The notes under the pieces were generated by a model that saw only the letters and a program-made list of their open reading frames with translations, made no database searches and was not told the origin of the DNA. The translations under genes were made by a program, and so were the position numbers. This document shows positions 41,735 to 55,361 of a stretch of DNA of 64,000 nucleotides, one piece after another. Numbering within the stretch: position 1 is the first letter of the stretch; each line of letters starts with the position of its first letter. Source of the DNA: Octopus vulgaris (taxonomy: Eukaryota); the NCBI GenBank assembly GCA_951406725.2, contig OX597824.1, forward strand, positions 63,488,001 through 63,552,000, in the 5' to 3' direction.

Positions 41735-42725
41735 TATGCACACACATACACACACAAAACAAATGATGGAGCAAGAACGTAACAGTCGACAATAAAACAT
41801 ACGGACAGTTAGACGATACAAAAAAGGACAAGAAAAGAACAAGGACGGGTCATTTGTATCTTCCAGTCTTCAGTCGAGTACCAGATCATCTTTGCACTTC
41901 TTTGTACTTCTTATTTACACTATTGCGATGCCATTTCCAAATGTTATTATTCACTCTATTTTTGTGTATCAATTATAGCTGCTATGGTGAATCAAGGACT
42001 TGCTACATCTTACACACATCTTATGTTTGCATATTTCTGTATGGAAGTCTAAACCAGAATGCAGTAAATTTTAACGTTCTGTCTCTCTCACATCTGTAAA
42101 ATATGAGATATATTGAAACAATCAGTATCCTAATATAATAATAGGTTATCTCACAAAACTCTGAGCGTGTTTTTTCAGATACATTTAGCTAGCATTTCTA
42201 AGGAGTATACGACCACATAAATCTTAAATGCTTCCTTGTTTACTCCGGTAGAACTCAAAGCTTCACTATGTAGTATTAATTTCTAACATTGATTAAATAT
42301 AAGCTAACATGTCTATAGTCGCACACAAGAATTCCGATAATTTACCCAGAATGTTATCAATATATTAAGAAGACTGAAAAAAATCGATCCTAGTGGAATG
42401 AGATCTTGCAGCTTAAAAGAAGGCAGAGTTTGAAAACTGTAAGTCTTTATTTAGTCAGTTTCTATAACATTATAATATGCCCTGGTGGTCATAATATAAT
42501 TATTAGCTCTGGTTCCAAGACTTGTTTGATAGAAAATAGATCATTCTAAAACACGGCACGCTGGAAAAAATAAAAAGAAAAGAATGAATGTTAGCATATT
42601 GAACACAGTGAATGTGAAAAAGATCAACTGAACAATTAAGAAAAACGACACCCACAAAACAGCAATAGTAATGTATTGTAATGTTTAATGCATAAAAAGC
42701 TGACAATAAATAAATAAATAAATAA

Positions 42726-42781
<56 letters not shown>

Positions 42782-43427
42782 ATATAATATGAGTTTCAGT
42801 GACTAATGTTATATGCATAATTTGAATAGTTTATTATGTTTATTAATACTGTGAAAAAAATCAGGAAGCTGATGCTGAACCAAGTCTGCGACGTGATTTT
42901 CATTTCCGGTTTGAAGTATTTCGATTCACGCCGCTAAACCTCTAAGCATTTATGGTGGTCTTTTGTGCTGTAACCGGCTTTTTTTGCTTATATTACTTTC
43001 TTATGGCTGGAAAAGAATGCCCCTATTATGATTGTTACTCTTTTAACAACGGTGAAACGACAAAAGACAGGACGAAATGTCTTCGGGTAGTGCCTTCGCC
43101 TGTTATTCTTGCAGGATCGATAGACTAAGAACAAATCCAATACAAAGTCGATATAAACAACTAAACCTACTTCTTCGGAACTCTATGGCTTCGTGTCTAT
43201 GTTAGACATTGTTATTGTCGTCATTATCCCTTCTGGTATGTGTGCACAGGTGCATGGCATAACAGTTAATGTTGATCATATAATCATAGTGTCGTGAGTT
43301 CGATTCCCGGACGAGGCAGCATATTGTGTGCTTATACAAAGTACAATATTTCACATTACTTCAGTGTACTTAGATTAAAATGCAACGCTCTCTCCCTGTC
43401 GCATTCTCAAAGTTTATTTCTCAAACT

Positions 43428-43779
43428 GATTAAGTCGATTATATCGACCCCAGTGCGTAACTGGTACTTATTTAATCGACCCCGAAAGGATGAAAGGCAA
43501 AGTCGACCTCGACGGAATTCGAACTCAGAAAGTAGCGGCAGACGAAATACCTATTTCTTTACTACCCACAAGGGGCTAAACACAGAGGGGACAAACAAGG
43601 ACAGACAAACGGATTAAGTCGATTACATCGACCCCAGTGCGTAGCTGGTACTTAATTTATCGACCCTGAAAGGATGAAAGGTAAAGTCGACCTCAGCGGA
43701 ATTTGAACTCAGAACGTTACGGCAGACGAAATACGGCTACGAAATACGGCGTGCTAACGTTTCTGCCAGCTCGCCGCCT
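43428..43779 (-). mobile_element. SINE family B dimer (head, body, tail, body)
   Basis: Two bodies joined at ...GACGAAATACC|TATTTCTTTACTACCCAC (~43550). Confidence 0.92.
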
Positions 43780-44294
43780 TGTCGACGTGAAATACCATTC
43801 AGAGTACACCTTTCCTCTAAACAGACGACGACGACGACAATGATGACCATGATGACGACGACGACGAGGAGGAGAAGGAGGAGGACAGAATGATGACGCC
43901 GATAAAAACACAAAAATCGTTTGAAACAACGTTAGCAGCAGAATGGTCGACGACATGATCAACAGTAGCAGCAACAGCAACAGTAAGAATTGCTCTAACT
44001 GTTGGCTTGAATCCAAGGCAATGCTAGGAAGTCGCACTTGCAATGTGGATTTCTAGCAAAGTAATTGGAACAACAACAACAATAATAATAAAACAATATG
44101 TACATTTTAATTACAAAAGCTCTGAGACATACAAACAACAAAATCCAAGGTAACGTTACACATAGGACCTACAAAGATGTGTGGGTAGGAACGGAGAGGA
44201 TATACACAGTTAAGGAGTGTGGTGAAAGATGTTATACTATATGCAGCTGCCTGGTTTTAAAATATATAAAAGACAGATTTAACATGGAAACGAA

Positions 44295-44520
44295 TATTGC
44301 TTTCAAATTTTGGCACAAGGTCTGCAATATCGAGGAAGAGGGTAGGTCGTTTTGGTTACACTGATCCCAGTGCTCAACTAATACTTATGCTATTGACTCA
44401 TAAAAGATGGAAGGCAAAGCCAGCATTGGCGGAATTTGAACCCAGAACATGAAGATGGACGAAATGGCGCTAAGCGTTGTAGCCCGGCGTGCTAACAAAT
44501 TCTGCCAGCTCGCCGCCTTA
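44295..44520 (-). mobile_element. SINE family B copy
   Basis: Ends TTCTGCCAGCTCGCCGCC on +. Confidence 0.9.
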
Positions 44521-45556
44521 CACAGAAACAGATTTTTAAAATATGTTAATAAAACACCCAATAACTAAAACATCCCCTTGCGTTGATCAGGAAACCCTAC
44601 TTCCCCAATAAACAGCAGCAGTATGTTTCGTTATAGTATCGTGAAGGTTGGAGATTCCTTTGTTATATTGCACAAGTGAAGAGTCTTATTTAATGGTCAA
44701 TTAAAACATAAAACTTCGTAAAGTCTATTTGAGGTTTGAAATGTTATTCTGTTGAGCTTATGCTGTTTAAAATGTTGTCCCATTGTTTCTCGATCCTAAA
44801 TTCGTTCGGATATTCCATGCGTGTATTGTATAATTGTTTTAAAAACTTCTTTCTTTTGTTAATCTCTCACATGAGCCATTTGTTCTTCTTTATTGGATAT
44901 CGACTCTCCTCAATGGTGGGAGTTCCTTCTTGGGCGGAAGTGTATACTACTTCACAACTTTTAGCATTTTTTGCTACGTTGCTTCATTTTTACTTGTCAG
45001 CCTCTGTTTGATATACTCGTAAGTCAATGACCTGCTGCTGCAGTGAGGGAGTACTTTCTGAGATTTGTGTTATTTTGTGTCATTATAGCTGTCGGTGGTT
45101 TTCTCTTTCTTCGATGTTTGTAGTTAGGTTCTCGTGGTCACTCTTAGAAGAATGGATATGAAGTTTCAATTGCCGATTCACGAGTTTCGGCTGCTATTGC
45201 TCTAGAACTGACAATATCCGTGATTTGTTGTGGCTGCATTTGTACTTTCCGCACAGAAACGTTTACATGATGGTTTTGCTCCCCATGTGTAGCGGTCAGG
45301 TTATCTACACACAGCAGAACATAATTCTGCCATATTGTGCATTGAAGGTGACAGTTACCCAGGAATCAACATCGCCAAAGGCCCCTAACGTTAACACTGT
45401 TGTTTCTTTCTCCTTGCTGTTTTTCTTTTCTGGTGTCGCTGTCCATGTTATTCGGCATTGTTTTTGTTGTCACCGTGTTCTTACTTTTCGTTTTAATGCT
45501 GCTTGTTGTTATAGTGGCTGTCGTTTTGATGTTGGTAGGTTTGCAGTTACCTATAA

Positions 45557-45950
45557 TATATTTCTTTATTACCCACAAGGGGCTAAACATAGAGGGGACA
45601 AACAAGGACATTGCGTAACTGGTACTTAATTTATCGACTCCGAAAGGATGAAAGGATGAAAGGCTAAGACGACCTCGGCGAAATTTGAACTCAGAACGTA
45701 ACGGCAGACGAAATACCTGTTTCTTTATTACCCACAATGGGCTAAACACACAGGAGACAAACAAGGACAGACAAACAGATTTAGTCGATTATATCGACCC
45801 CAGTGCGCAACTGGTACTTATTTAATCGACCCCGAAAGGATGAAAGGCAAAGTCGGCCTCGGCGGAATTTGAACTCAGAACGTTACGGCAGACGAAATAC
45901 GGCTAGGCATTTCGCCCGGCGTGCTAACGTTTCTACCAGCTCGCCGCCTA
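45557..45950 (-). mobile_element. SINE family B dimer with a 13 bp target-site duplication
   Basis: CAGTTACCTATAA at 45544-45556 and 45951-45963; internal junction at ~45717. Confidence 0.93.
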
Positions 45951-46490
45951 CAGTTACCTATAACAGCGGTGGTGAGGCTGCTGTGTTTGCTGTAGTGAGT
46001 GGTGAATCACGGTATGATGTTGCTGCTGCTGATCTTTCCTGCGATGATACATGCTTCTCGTGCTCCGACACTATTCAGATTGTTATTCTTTTTATTGTTG
46101 TTGTTGAAGGGGGTGTCGCCGTTATCATCCTTCAATTCATAGAATTCTAGAGGAGTGAATGACGGAAGAGGAGGAAAATATTCGTCTGAGGGAGAGCTGA
46201 TTGGAGGAAGTTTTCTCTCCCTCGATGATCCTATGATGCCAGTTGATGATACCGTCTTGTATACGTGTCTGCTTTTTAAAAATTAGATGAGCGTTTTATG
46301 AAGGCAAAATATTGCCCTTACGGAATAAACACAACCGCATAACACAGACCAAGGGATTACTGGTGTTCTTATTAACAAATTTGAACAAAGATTTAGAAAA
46401 TAAAACGGTAACAATAGAGTGTAAGCAACAATCATAACCGAAACTCTCGTAGTGTGTTCGAATGTAATCCTGTAATACTCCACAGCAAAT

Positions 46491-46566
<76 letters not shown>

Positions 46567-46586
46567 TAATAATAATAATAATAATA

Positions 46587-46630
<44 letters not shown>

Positions 46631-46718
46631 CATTGTTATTATTATTATTATTATTTAATATTATTAATATTATTATTATTATTAATATTATTAATATTAT
46701 TATTATTATTATTATTAA

Positions 46719-46782
<64 letters not shown>

Positions 46783-46783
<1 letters not shown>

Positions 46784-47040
46784 GAAGAAGGCCGGCCATA
46801 TCAAAACTGAAAATTGTGTAATGAAAGAAAATTGTGAAAAAGAAATGAACAAAAAAAAAAAGGAAAAGCATGACAGGAAAAAATGTACAGTCAGTTTGCA
46901 AGAGATATGAAAGCCAAACCATACAGAGGACCAGAACTGCTTGGAACTTCAAGAATTCTTCGCAGGATGTCACCTTAGTCTGCAGGTTGTGGACAGCCGA
47001 CATTTTCCATCATACCCAGCAAAATAAGCTGTGAGTTTTC

Positions 47041-47043
<3 letters not shown>
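46783..47043 (+). mobile_element. Internally deleted R4/Dong derivative, copy 1
   Basis: KA*QEKMYSQFARDM joined to LLGTSRILRR, then a short 3' UTR and (TAA)n. Confidence 0.7.
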
Positions 47044-47097
<54 letters not shown>

Positions 47098-47102
47098 TAA
47101 TA

Positions 47103-47179
<77 letters not shown>

Positions 47180-47218
47180 CATTGTTATTATTATTATTAT
47201 TATTATTAATATTATTAA

Positions 47219-47276
<58 letters not shown>

Positions 47277-47277
<1 letters not shown>

Positions 47278-47534
47278 GAAGAAGGCCGGCCATATCAAAA
47301 CTGAAAATTGTGTAATGAAAGAAAATTGTGAAAAAGAAATGAACAAAAAAAAAAAGGAAAAGCATGACAGGAAAAAATGTACAGTCAGTTTGCAAGAGAT
47401 ATGAAAGCCAAGCCATACAGAGGACCAGAACTGCTTGGAACTTCAAGAATTCTTCGCAGGATGTCACCTTAGTCTGCAGGTTGTGGACAGCCGACATTTT
47501 CCATCATACCCAGCAAAATAAGCTGTGAGTTTTC

Positions 47535-47537
<3 letters not shown>
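47277..47537 (+). mobile_element. Internally deleted R4/Dong derivative, copy 2 (tandem duplicate)
   Basis: Near-identical to 46783-47043 at offset 494. Confidence 0.7.
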
Positions 47538-47578
<41 letters not shown>

Positions 47579-47580
<2 letters not shown>

Positions 47581-48140
47581 TTCTTTTATTGGCTACAAGG
47601 GCCGAACACAAAACAAATATGGATGATAAAATACAAAGGACAAGCAGGTGTTTAACAATGCCGTGTATATAATAAGTAATGAAAATAATTAAATAACAAG
47701 CTAAACAATAAAATTTCTCAAAAGTGTGAAGTTCCTCACACGGACAAAGAGGAACCTCACACATTCTGGTTATCCCGACCTCTAGATGCACCTTAGCAGG
47801 CGCCTCTCTCATTCTAAATCTCCTCCAGTTTAAAAGCAAAAATTCAGAGTAGGTCCATTTACACGGGCAATCTTCGCCACATTCACCCATCTTTCAAGAA
47901 ATTTACTGTTGGGGCAGAACTTCCGTATTTATTCTCACTTTCTTTTTCAGGTGGGACTTGAAAACGTCGATGAGGGCTTAGCTGAAGGAGAACGTATCTG
48001 TCTTCAGTGCTTTCAATCTTGTCCATCACACTACTTCCTTCGCCATAGCCATCAGAGGAAAACTGCCTTTCCTTCCCGACCAATGTAAGGTGGCGGGCGA
48101 TCATTGCGACGGACTGGGCTGATACCTGGATCCGTCCTAC
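47579..48140 (-). mobile_element. L1/Tx1-clade 3' fragment (ORF2 C-terminus and 3' UTR) ending in (ATT)n
   Basis: GREGKAVF, MAKEVV*WTRLK (AKxxIWxxR-like), FKSHLKKKVR, KFLERWVNVAK; tail GGCCCTTGTAGCCAATAAAAGAA(ATT)n. Confidence 0.72.
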
Positions 48141-48423
48141 AATAATAAGAAGAAGAAAGAGGAGAAGGAGGAGAGATAAATGATACAAGCAACACTGAAC
48201 GCAGTTACGCAATGATAATAAAAATATGATAAATATATTAAACAAAACTACATTTTGTGAAGACTACACTGTTATAGCAATGATTCGAAAGAACCAGTTG
48301 ATTGTTGGGCAAGTTGCATTATTGTATTTAGTGACAGATCACATCGCTTTGAGTTCCAGTCCCTTGTCTGTCGATTTTGAATTTCACCATTTCAAGGTCA
48401 ATAAAACAATGAAGCCAATCGAA

Positions 48424-48574
48424 TATGTCTAGGCAGTTGAGTGAAGACTTCATAGAGGGTTTCCTGGTTGGCTCCTATTCAGATATTGTAGTTCACGCTA
48501 CTTGCAACACAAATTAGAGAGATATAGAGAGATATAGAGACAAGCACACAGAGATAAAGTAGATAGTGAAAATA
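48424..48574. repeat. 151 bp direct repeat, copy 1
   Basis: Matches 49443-49593 with 3 mismatches. Confidence 0.95.
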
Positions 48575-49442
48575 GCCTGTAGATTACTACGGCAGTGCAT
48601 ACGTATAAAATTGGCCATTATGTCACGTTACAGTCCAAATCCTCGCCACACCTCTGAGTTCCGACGATAGTTGAAGTATCAGATTTGGAATACATTGTCG
48701 TCACATCAATGACATTTGCCTTCAATACAGCGTCATTCGCAAACAAGTGTACCATGTTACCTCATATCAGGCTTTTGTGAATTGTTTTAGGAGCGTATGT
48801 AGTCGCTAACAGACACAAATTTCCTTCTTGGCCCTCGATTTAAAAAATCTAGTCTATATCGGCTGGTAGGCGAGAGAGGGTCTGTACCAGTACTAAGATG
48901 GTACTGAATTACACCTGTAGACTGGAGCAACGTGTAATGATGTTTAAGAACACGACGCTGTAATCTAAACCGCGCTGAATATTTCTCACCTTATCCACTA
49001 AACCAAGCACTTTCATATATTATCTGTAATATTACTGTAATGTTATATAATATCATATATTATCTTTAATATTATATATTATCTTATTTACTGCCGTCAC
49101 AATATGTGCAGAAACATTTTATATGAACATACTCATACGACACACCAACCCTCTCTGTCTCTTTCGTTCCTCCTTCTCTATCTCTTACTTTATCTCTCTC
49201 CCTCTCTATCTTTCTCTCTTTCTTTCAAGTGGACCACACTGTATCTGCATTACATAACATAAAAATGAACCAGTAGATTGTCTGCTTCTTTTTTTCAATA
49301 GTCTGCCCCAGGTTAGCTCTTATCAGGCAGAAATAAGTTCAGAATGAGCTCCAGGAATTCTGTACAGCTGGGTCGCTATAAGTCAACGTAACATTCTTAT
49401 GATTTAACACTGAAGAGATTAACTTAGGATGAACTCAACTGC

Positions 49443-49593
49443 TATGTCTAGGCAGTTGAGTGAAGACTTCATAGAGGGTTTCCTGGTTGGCTCCTATTCA
49501 GATATTGTAGTTCACGCTACTTGCAACACAAATTAGAGAGATATAGAGAGATATAGAGACAAACACACACAGACAAAGTAGATAGTGAAAATA
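49443..49593. repeat. 151 bp direct repeat, copy 2
   Basis: Matches 48424-48574. Confidence 0.95.
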
Positions 49594-49904
49594 AGGGGGG
49601 ACAAATAAGAAGTGAGAAAGATATCTAATGAGTTAAAATACGAAGAAGGCTGCAACGAAACCAAAATAGAGAGAAGAAAAACAAGTGTTTTAATAAGATG
49701 TTGTTTATAGCTCGTACTATAAATATAGATTTAGATTTGGCAGTGCGATGGCTGCTGGATTCAAGAGAACGCGTTGCGGTTTTTTTCTTTTATCAGTTAA
49801 CCATTTTTAATGTCAGAGTTATAAAATGCAAAACCTTCAAATAAATTCCTTTGTACATCCCATCATTTCTTCATTCACACACAAACACAAGCATTAAATG
49901 TGTA

Positions 49905-50022
<118 letters not shown>

Positions 50023-50034
50023 TGTGTGTGTGGA

Positions 50035-50075
<41 letters not shown>

Positions 50076-50115
50076 ATGTATATATATATATATATGATAT
50101 ATATATATGAATATA

Positions 50116-50154
<39 letters not shown>

Positions 50155-50197
50155 TGTATGTATATACAAAAACACACATGTATGTATAGTGGGGATT

Positions 50198-50366
50198 TTT
50201 TTTTCTTCTGCCTTCCCTTCTCTGGATCTTTCCTTCTCCTATGAATCCGACGAAAAGCTCCGCTCGAAACGTTAAACCTTCCTTCTTTCCTGAGCGTCCA
50301 ATAATACTATATTTGTTCCACGTCCTCGCGTTCTTGTGTTTTTTGTGGTTTCTTGTTTGGATTAAC

Positions 50367-50368
<2 letters not shown>
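50198..50368 (+). mobile_element. Penelope-like terminal-repeat fragment with a hammerhead-like motif, ending in (TA)n
   Basis: CCGACGAAAAGCTCCGCTCGAAACGTTA...TTGTTTGGATTAAC(TA)n; same family as 32420-32625. Confidence 0.65.
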
Positions 50369-50457
<89 letters not shown>

Positions 50458-50532
50458 CTGTGTGTGTGTGTGTGTGCATGTGTGTGTTGTTATGCGTATA
50501 TATTTGTATGTGTATGTGTGTGTGTGTGTGTT

Positions 50533-50572
<40 letters not shown>

Positions 50573-51330
50573 TGTGCCTAAGCTTTTGTAGTAGTCATGC
50601 AAACGTCAATTTTAAGTATTTCCCGTAGGCTTAGAAAAGTTAAATAACAGACATCCGATTTTCGACACTTATTAAGATCTCATCAGGTGCGTCTACATCA
50701 CCTGAACAATTCCAGTGAAATAAGAAGCCAACCTGTTTATACTCATAGCACATCTAATAACTACGGAGTATTAGAGCTACTGTTCTGCATACTATAAATG
50801 TTTAACATTTATACAAAGACGTGTATATGCAAAGCGAGTGTTCACCATTGATTTCGCATCATCATTGGTTTCTAGCCAGCGAAAAGATTATCGATATCGC
50901 CGGACTAATAAAGACTAATAAAGACTAATAAAGCTGTTATAGAAATTTTCAGGATAAGTTCCTAGGACAGTGCCGCCATGCTATTACTAACAATTTTGCT
51001 GATAAACTTTACATTACATTTTCCATTATTTATTTGAAAGATTGTATGAAGGTGAAATAAATTTTCTCTCATCCAGAACTATAAGAACATCGATCACAGG
51101 CAGTTCAAATATATAGTCACATTTAAGGCTTGATATATAAGTGGCGTGCAAACATTAGTTCCCAGAAAAATTTGTGTTATTAGCAACTACGTGCATATAC
51201 TTATATGCGCATGTTATGTGTCATTTGTATATATACATGCAGATATATGTATACGCACATTTGCAAATAATATACATGTATATAGATATATATATTTATA
51301 TATATATACACACAAGTATGCACATGCATT

Positions 51331-51365
<35 letters not shown>

Positions 51366-51432
51366 ATATATGTATATATATATATATATATATACATACA
51401 TACAAAGCGAGAAAGACAAAGAGAGCGGATAT

Positions 51433-51509
<77 letters not shown>

Positions 51510-52331
51510 ACGATGGCAATAAAATCGATGTAAAATTCTAATGTAAAAGAGCCGGAATTGGTAATCTAAATGCAGCAGCGTAAAGAAATAAAATATTTAA
51601 ATATTCCAGATGATTGATAATGAAGTACACGATAGAAAACAATTGCCGCTTGATGCTTGAAGAATGAAAGTGTATGGTTTTTCGGACTTATTTCACCTTC
51701 ATTGGCAACAGAGACACAACCAAGAAGTAAAATTAGAAAACATAATTGAAAGTAAAAAAAAAAAAAAACACAAACCAGTAACGAAATATCTACGTGCGTT
51801 TACGAGAAGGCTATATACTGGAGGCAAGCAAAATTGAAAAGAAAAATGTGTTGGAATGCCAAAGAAAAAATGGGAGGTAAGGGGGATACAACTGTGTGTA
51901 TACTTCAAATATTTGTGAATGTCTATTTTCAAGAACATTGTTGTTGACATGTGTGTTCTTGGAGAACCCGTGTTGATGGGTATATCAAACGCAGATGAGT
52001 AGTAATTAATTGTATGTAAATGTTTATATATGAATAGGATATGAATTATACACTTAGTCTAGATGTCCATGTTTCCGATATGTAGTATATGTATATTTGA
52101 AAGGTAATTATAGTCAAGTTTTCAAGGCGAGCGCTCGTTAACTTCCAAAAAGTAGTATATACTTTTGCATTCTCAGCGAGTTATACAACTATATGTGTAC
52201 ATACACATTTGCGTGTATTCATACATGCATGTATAGATGTGTGCATGTATGTATATATATGTATGTATGTGTGTGTGTGAATGTGTTTAGTTATATAGAC
52301 ACACTTGCCGTGCCCTTATATATATATACAC

Positions 52332-52392
<61 letters not shown>

Positions 52393-52403
52393 AGTGTGTG
52401 TGT

Positions 52404-52580
52404 GTTTCTTTATTAGCCACACAGGGCTGCACACAGACGGGACAAATTACAAGGTAGCGCTTTGCTTTTGGGGGATAAAAAAGGGGGTTTGGTTTTCGAT
52501 CAAAAGGGATTGTAAAAGGAAAGAACGAGGAAAGTAAAAAAAAAAGGGGGGATACACAGAGAGAGAGAGAAAAACCCAAT
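52404..52580 (-). mobile_element. Tx1-like 3' UTR fragment ending in (AC)n
   Basis: Tail TTGTCCCGTCTGTGTGCAGCCCTGTGTGGCTAATAAAGAAAC resembles the tail of 47579-48140; no coding part attached. Confidence 0.55.
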
Positions 52581-53054
52581 ACAATAATCTTTAAAAGTAA
52601 ACGTTGACAGTTCGAACTCGCTCCTTAGTTAATTTTAACAGAATATAAGTTGAAGACTGCTACAACGAAACATCTATGTAACTTGCCAACATTTTCCTTG
52701 TATAATAAAATATATACGATACCCTACCGAAGGAGTGTTCGTGATCTTTAAATATAACGTTTGACTGCCTTTGTATATAACTAAACATAAAAAACGAATA
52801 CTTATTTGAATATATATATATATAAAAACCTACATTCAAATATCCACACGTATGTAGAGATATTAATGAAACATGCTCTCTGTATGATTTTTTGATATTA
52901 CAATGTTGATTTTGGCAACATGGACCAATGTGACTTGTGTAAAATAGAACACTACACGGAGAACACCGCTGCGAAATGGCGTTCAACTTATTATAGATCC
53001 ACACCCAAAGCATTAAAAAAATATGGTACTGACATACTTCTATTCGAAAATATT

Positions 53055-53133
<79 letters not shown>

Positions 53134-53656
53134 GACGCCTAACAACAAGTGTTCATATTTACGTCCCTGTGTGCGTGTGGTATATTTATTGCGAGGTAAT
53201 TTCTGGTGAATGTTCCTCTTTTACATTATGCGCTATATATAACGTCTTCCCATTTGTTTAATTCACACAGGACTACCTGTTGAGTCGGTGTGAACTATCA
53301 GTAATTAAATATCTCGCCAATATGAACTGAAATTATATTCTTTTCGTTTATGTACGTTTATCTATTTCTGGAAACCTAATGCAATAGATGGATAGATGTC
53401 TACAAATAACACTGTTCTCACTATTTTAGAACTCGACTAAGTGTAAAAGAATAATGGATAGATATTTGAGAATATATATGCATGCGTTTATGTTGTTATG
53501 GAATTACATGGAGTTACAGATACATATACATTTGTTACTTATGTGCTTATGTATATAGATATGCCTGTGCGTTTGCGCGTTGTTGTGTGTCTGTGTGTAG
53601 AAATAATTCACAACGTATGTATATCTATGTATATATTTATGTATGTAGATATGTCT

Positions 53657-53693
<37 letters not shown>

Positions 53694-53719
53694 CATATCA
53701 GTCGCCATGATAGATCGGT

Positions 53720-53890
53720 AGCAACTACACACATTTTTTCTCTCCTTGTTTCTTTGTCTTCCTTTCTGTGGAAGAGCGTAGGCTCGAAACGTAAAAGACT
53801 TTTTCAATTCCCGAGCGTTATACTAATACATCTGATGGTTTTCTACACCATCTGTCTTAGTCTTGTGCTTTTTTCGTGAATTCTCCCCTA
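53720..53890 (+). mobile_element. Penelope-like terminal-repeat fragment, related subfamily
   Basis: CTGTGGAAGAGCGTAGGCTCGAAACGTA...CC.GAGCGT...AATAC, colinear with 32420 and 50198. Confidence 0.6.
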
Positions 53891-53912
53891 CACACACACA
53901 CACACACACACA

Positions 53913-53973
<61 letters not shown>

Positions 53974-54009
53974 CCGAAAAAATATATATATAAAACATCG
54001 ATGAAAACA

Positions 54010-54620
54010 TCGATGAAGTTTATTTTTTCAACGTCGTCCCTCTTGCAGTCGACACACTTCTTCCATCGGTGTTGCATTGCTTGGATCCCTTCGGGAAAGA
54101 AGCTTCCATTTTGTTGGTTGAAAATGCTGATATCAGATAAAACGTCATCACCACTGAGATACTGCTTTTTATCCAAGATAACAGATATGGCCATATTAGA
54201 ATAGGGAGGGTGATCAGCCAGTTATATTTATAGTCAATCGCCAGTCATCCATCATCATGCGGTTAACACGATCAATATTTTCCTCGGTGGTGGCAGTTGC
54301 AGAACTCCAGACCTAAGGTCATCTTCGAAACTCTCCGTTTCCTTCCTAAATTCAACTGCTCATTTTTACACTGTTGATAGAGCTGAAGCGTCGTCCCGTA
54401 ATGTAGCAAGTCTTTCTGCATGAATGTCCTTGGGGGACTACACTTTTTCTGCGGGGACTTCGTACGACGACGATACCCAATTTTGTCAGATGTATGTTTC
54501 CCTGCAAAGAAACAATGCAGTTATTAATGAGAAGAGTTGAAATTAATCCATGATTTAGTATTTCAAGGTTCCTGTATACTTCCTTCATAGTCAGTCTATC
54601 AAATTTTCAGCCACCTGTCT
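54010..54620 (-). mobile_element. Internally deleted mariner transposon
   Basis: N-terminal SPKDIHAE...SFEDDLRSG...TTEENIDRV...DDWRLTI joined to C-terminal DHPPYS...EGIQAMQHRWKKCVDCKRDDVEK; TIR-like GGTGGCTGAAAA at ~54615. Confidence 0.88.
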
Positions 54621-54879
54621 TTTAAATAAATATACATACATATGTATAGGCATGTATATATTTGTTTGTGTGTGTATGTGTGTGTGCACATGTGTTAGCA
54701 CTGAGTAATAAGAATCAATCTTTTACTCATTCCACACACCTCCGTCTCAGTGTTGAGTGCAGTTTCCGTTCGTCCGTTCACTCATACTTGTATATACTTA
54801 GATGCTTAGATATTTATATAGATTTCGGTTACAATTAGTCTGGCTATGTCTAAAGAGCAACACCAGCAAAAGCCATAGG

Positions 54880-54977
<98 letters not shown>

Positions 54978-55007
54978 TATAGATAGATAGACAGATATAT
55001 AGATATG

Positions 55008-55039
<32 letters not shown>

Positions 55040-55101
55040 TCCTAGGTATGTTTTTATGCATGTAAACATATACACCTATGCATTCGTGCTTGTATATATA
55101 A

Positions 55102-55169
<68 letters not shown>

Positions 55170-55172
55170 ATA

Positions 55173-55225
<53 letters not shown>

Positions 55226-55361
55226 TACATATACACACACACACATCTATATCTACATCGAGTAGTTAAGTTATCAGTCCACTAAAGTTTTTAATTGTCT
55301 AATTGCAGTGTAGTTAGCGGAGTATATTGCGGCTACTTAAATATGCAATATAATTTATAGA

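Noticed and set aside
44600-46490. Possible LINE ORF1/ORF2 remnant on the minus strand, including an NVRGL peptide; a similar ORF1-like impression at 4050-4450
   Set aside because: No further APE motifs follow NVRGL; too degenerate to support without a search
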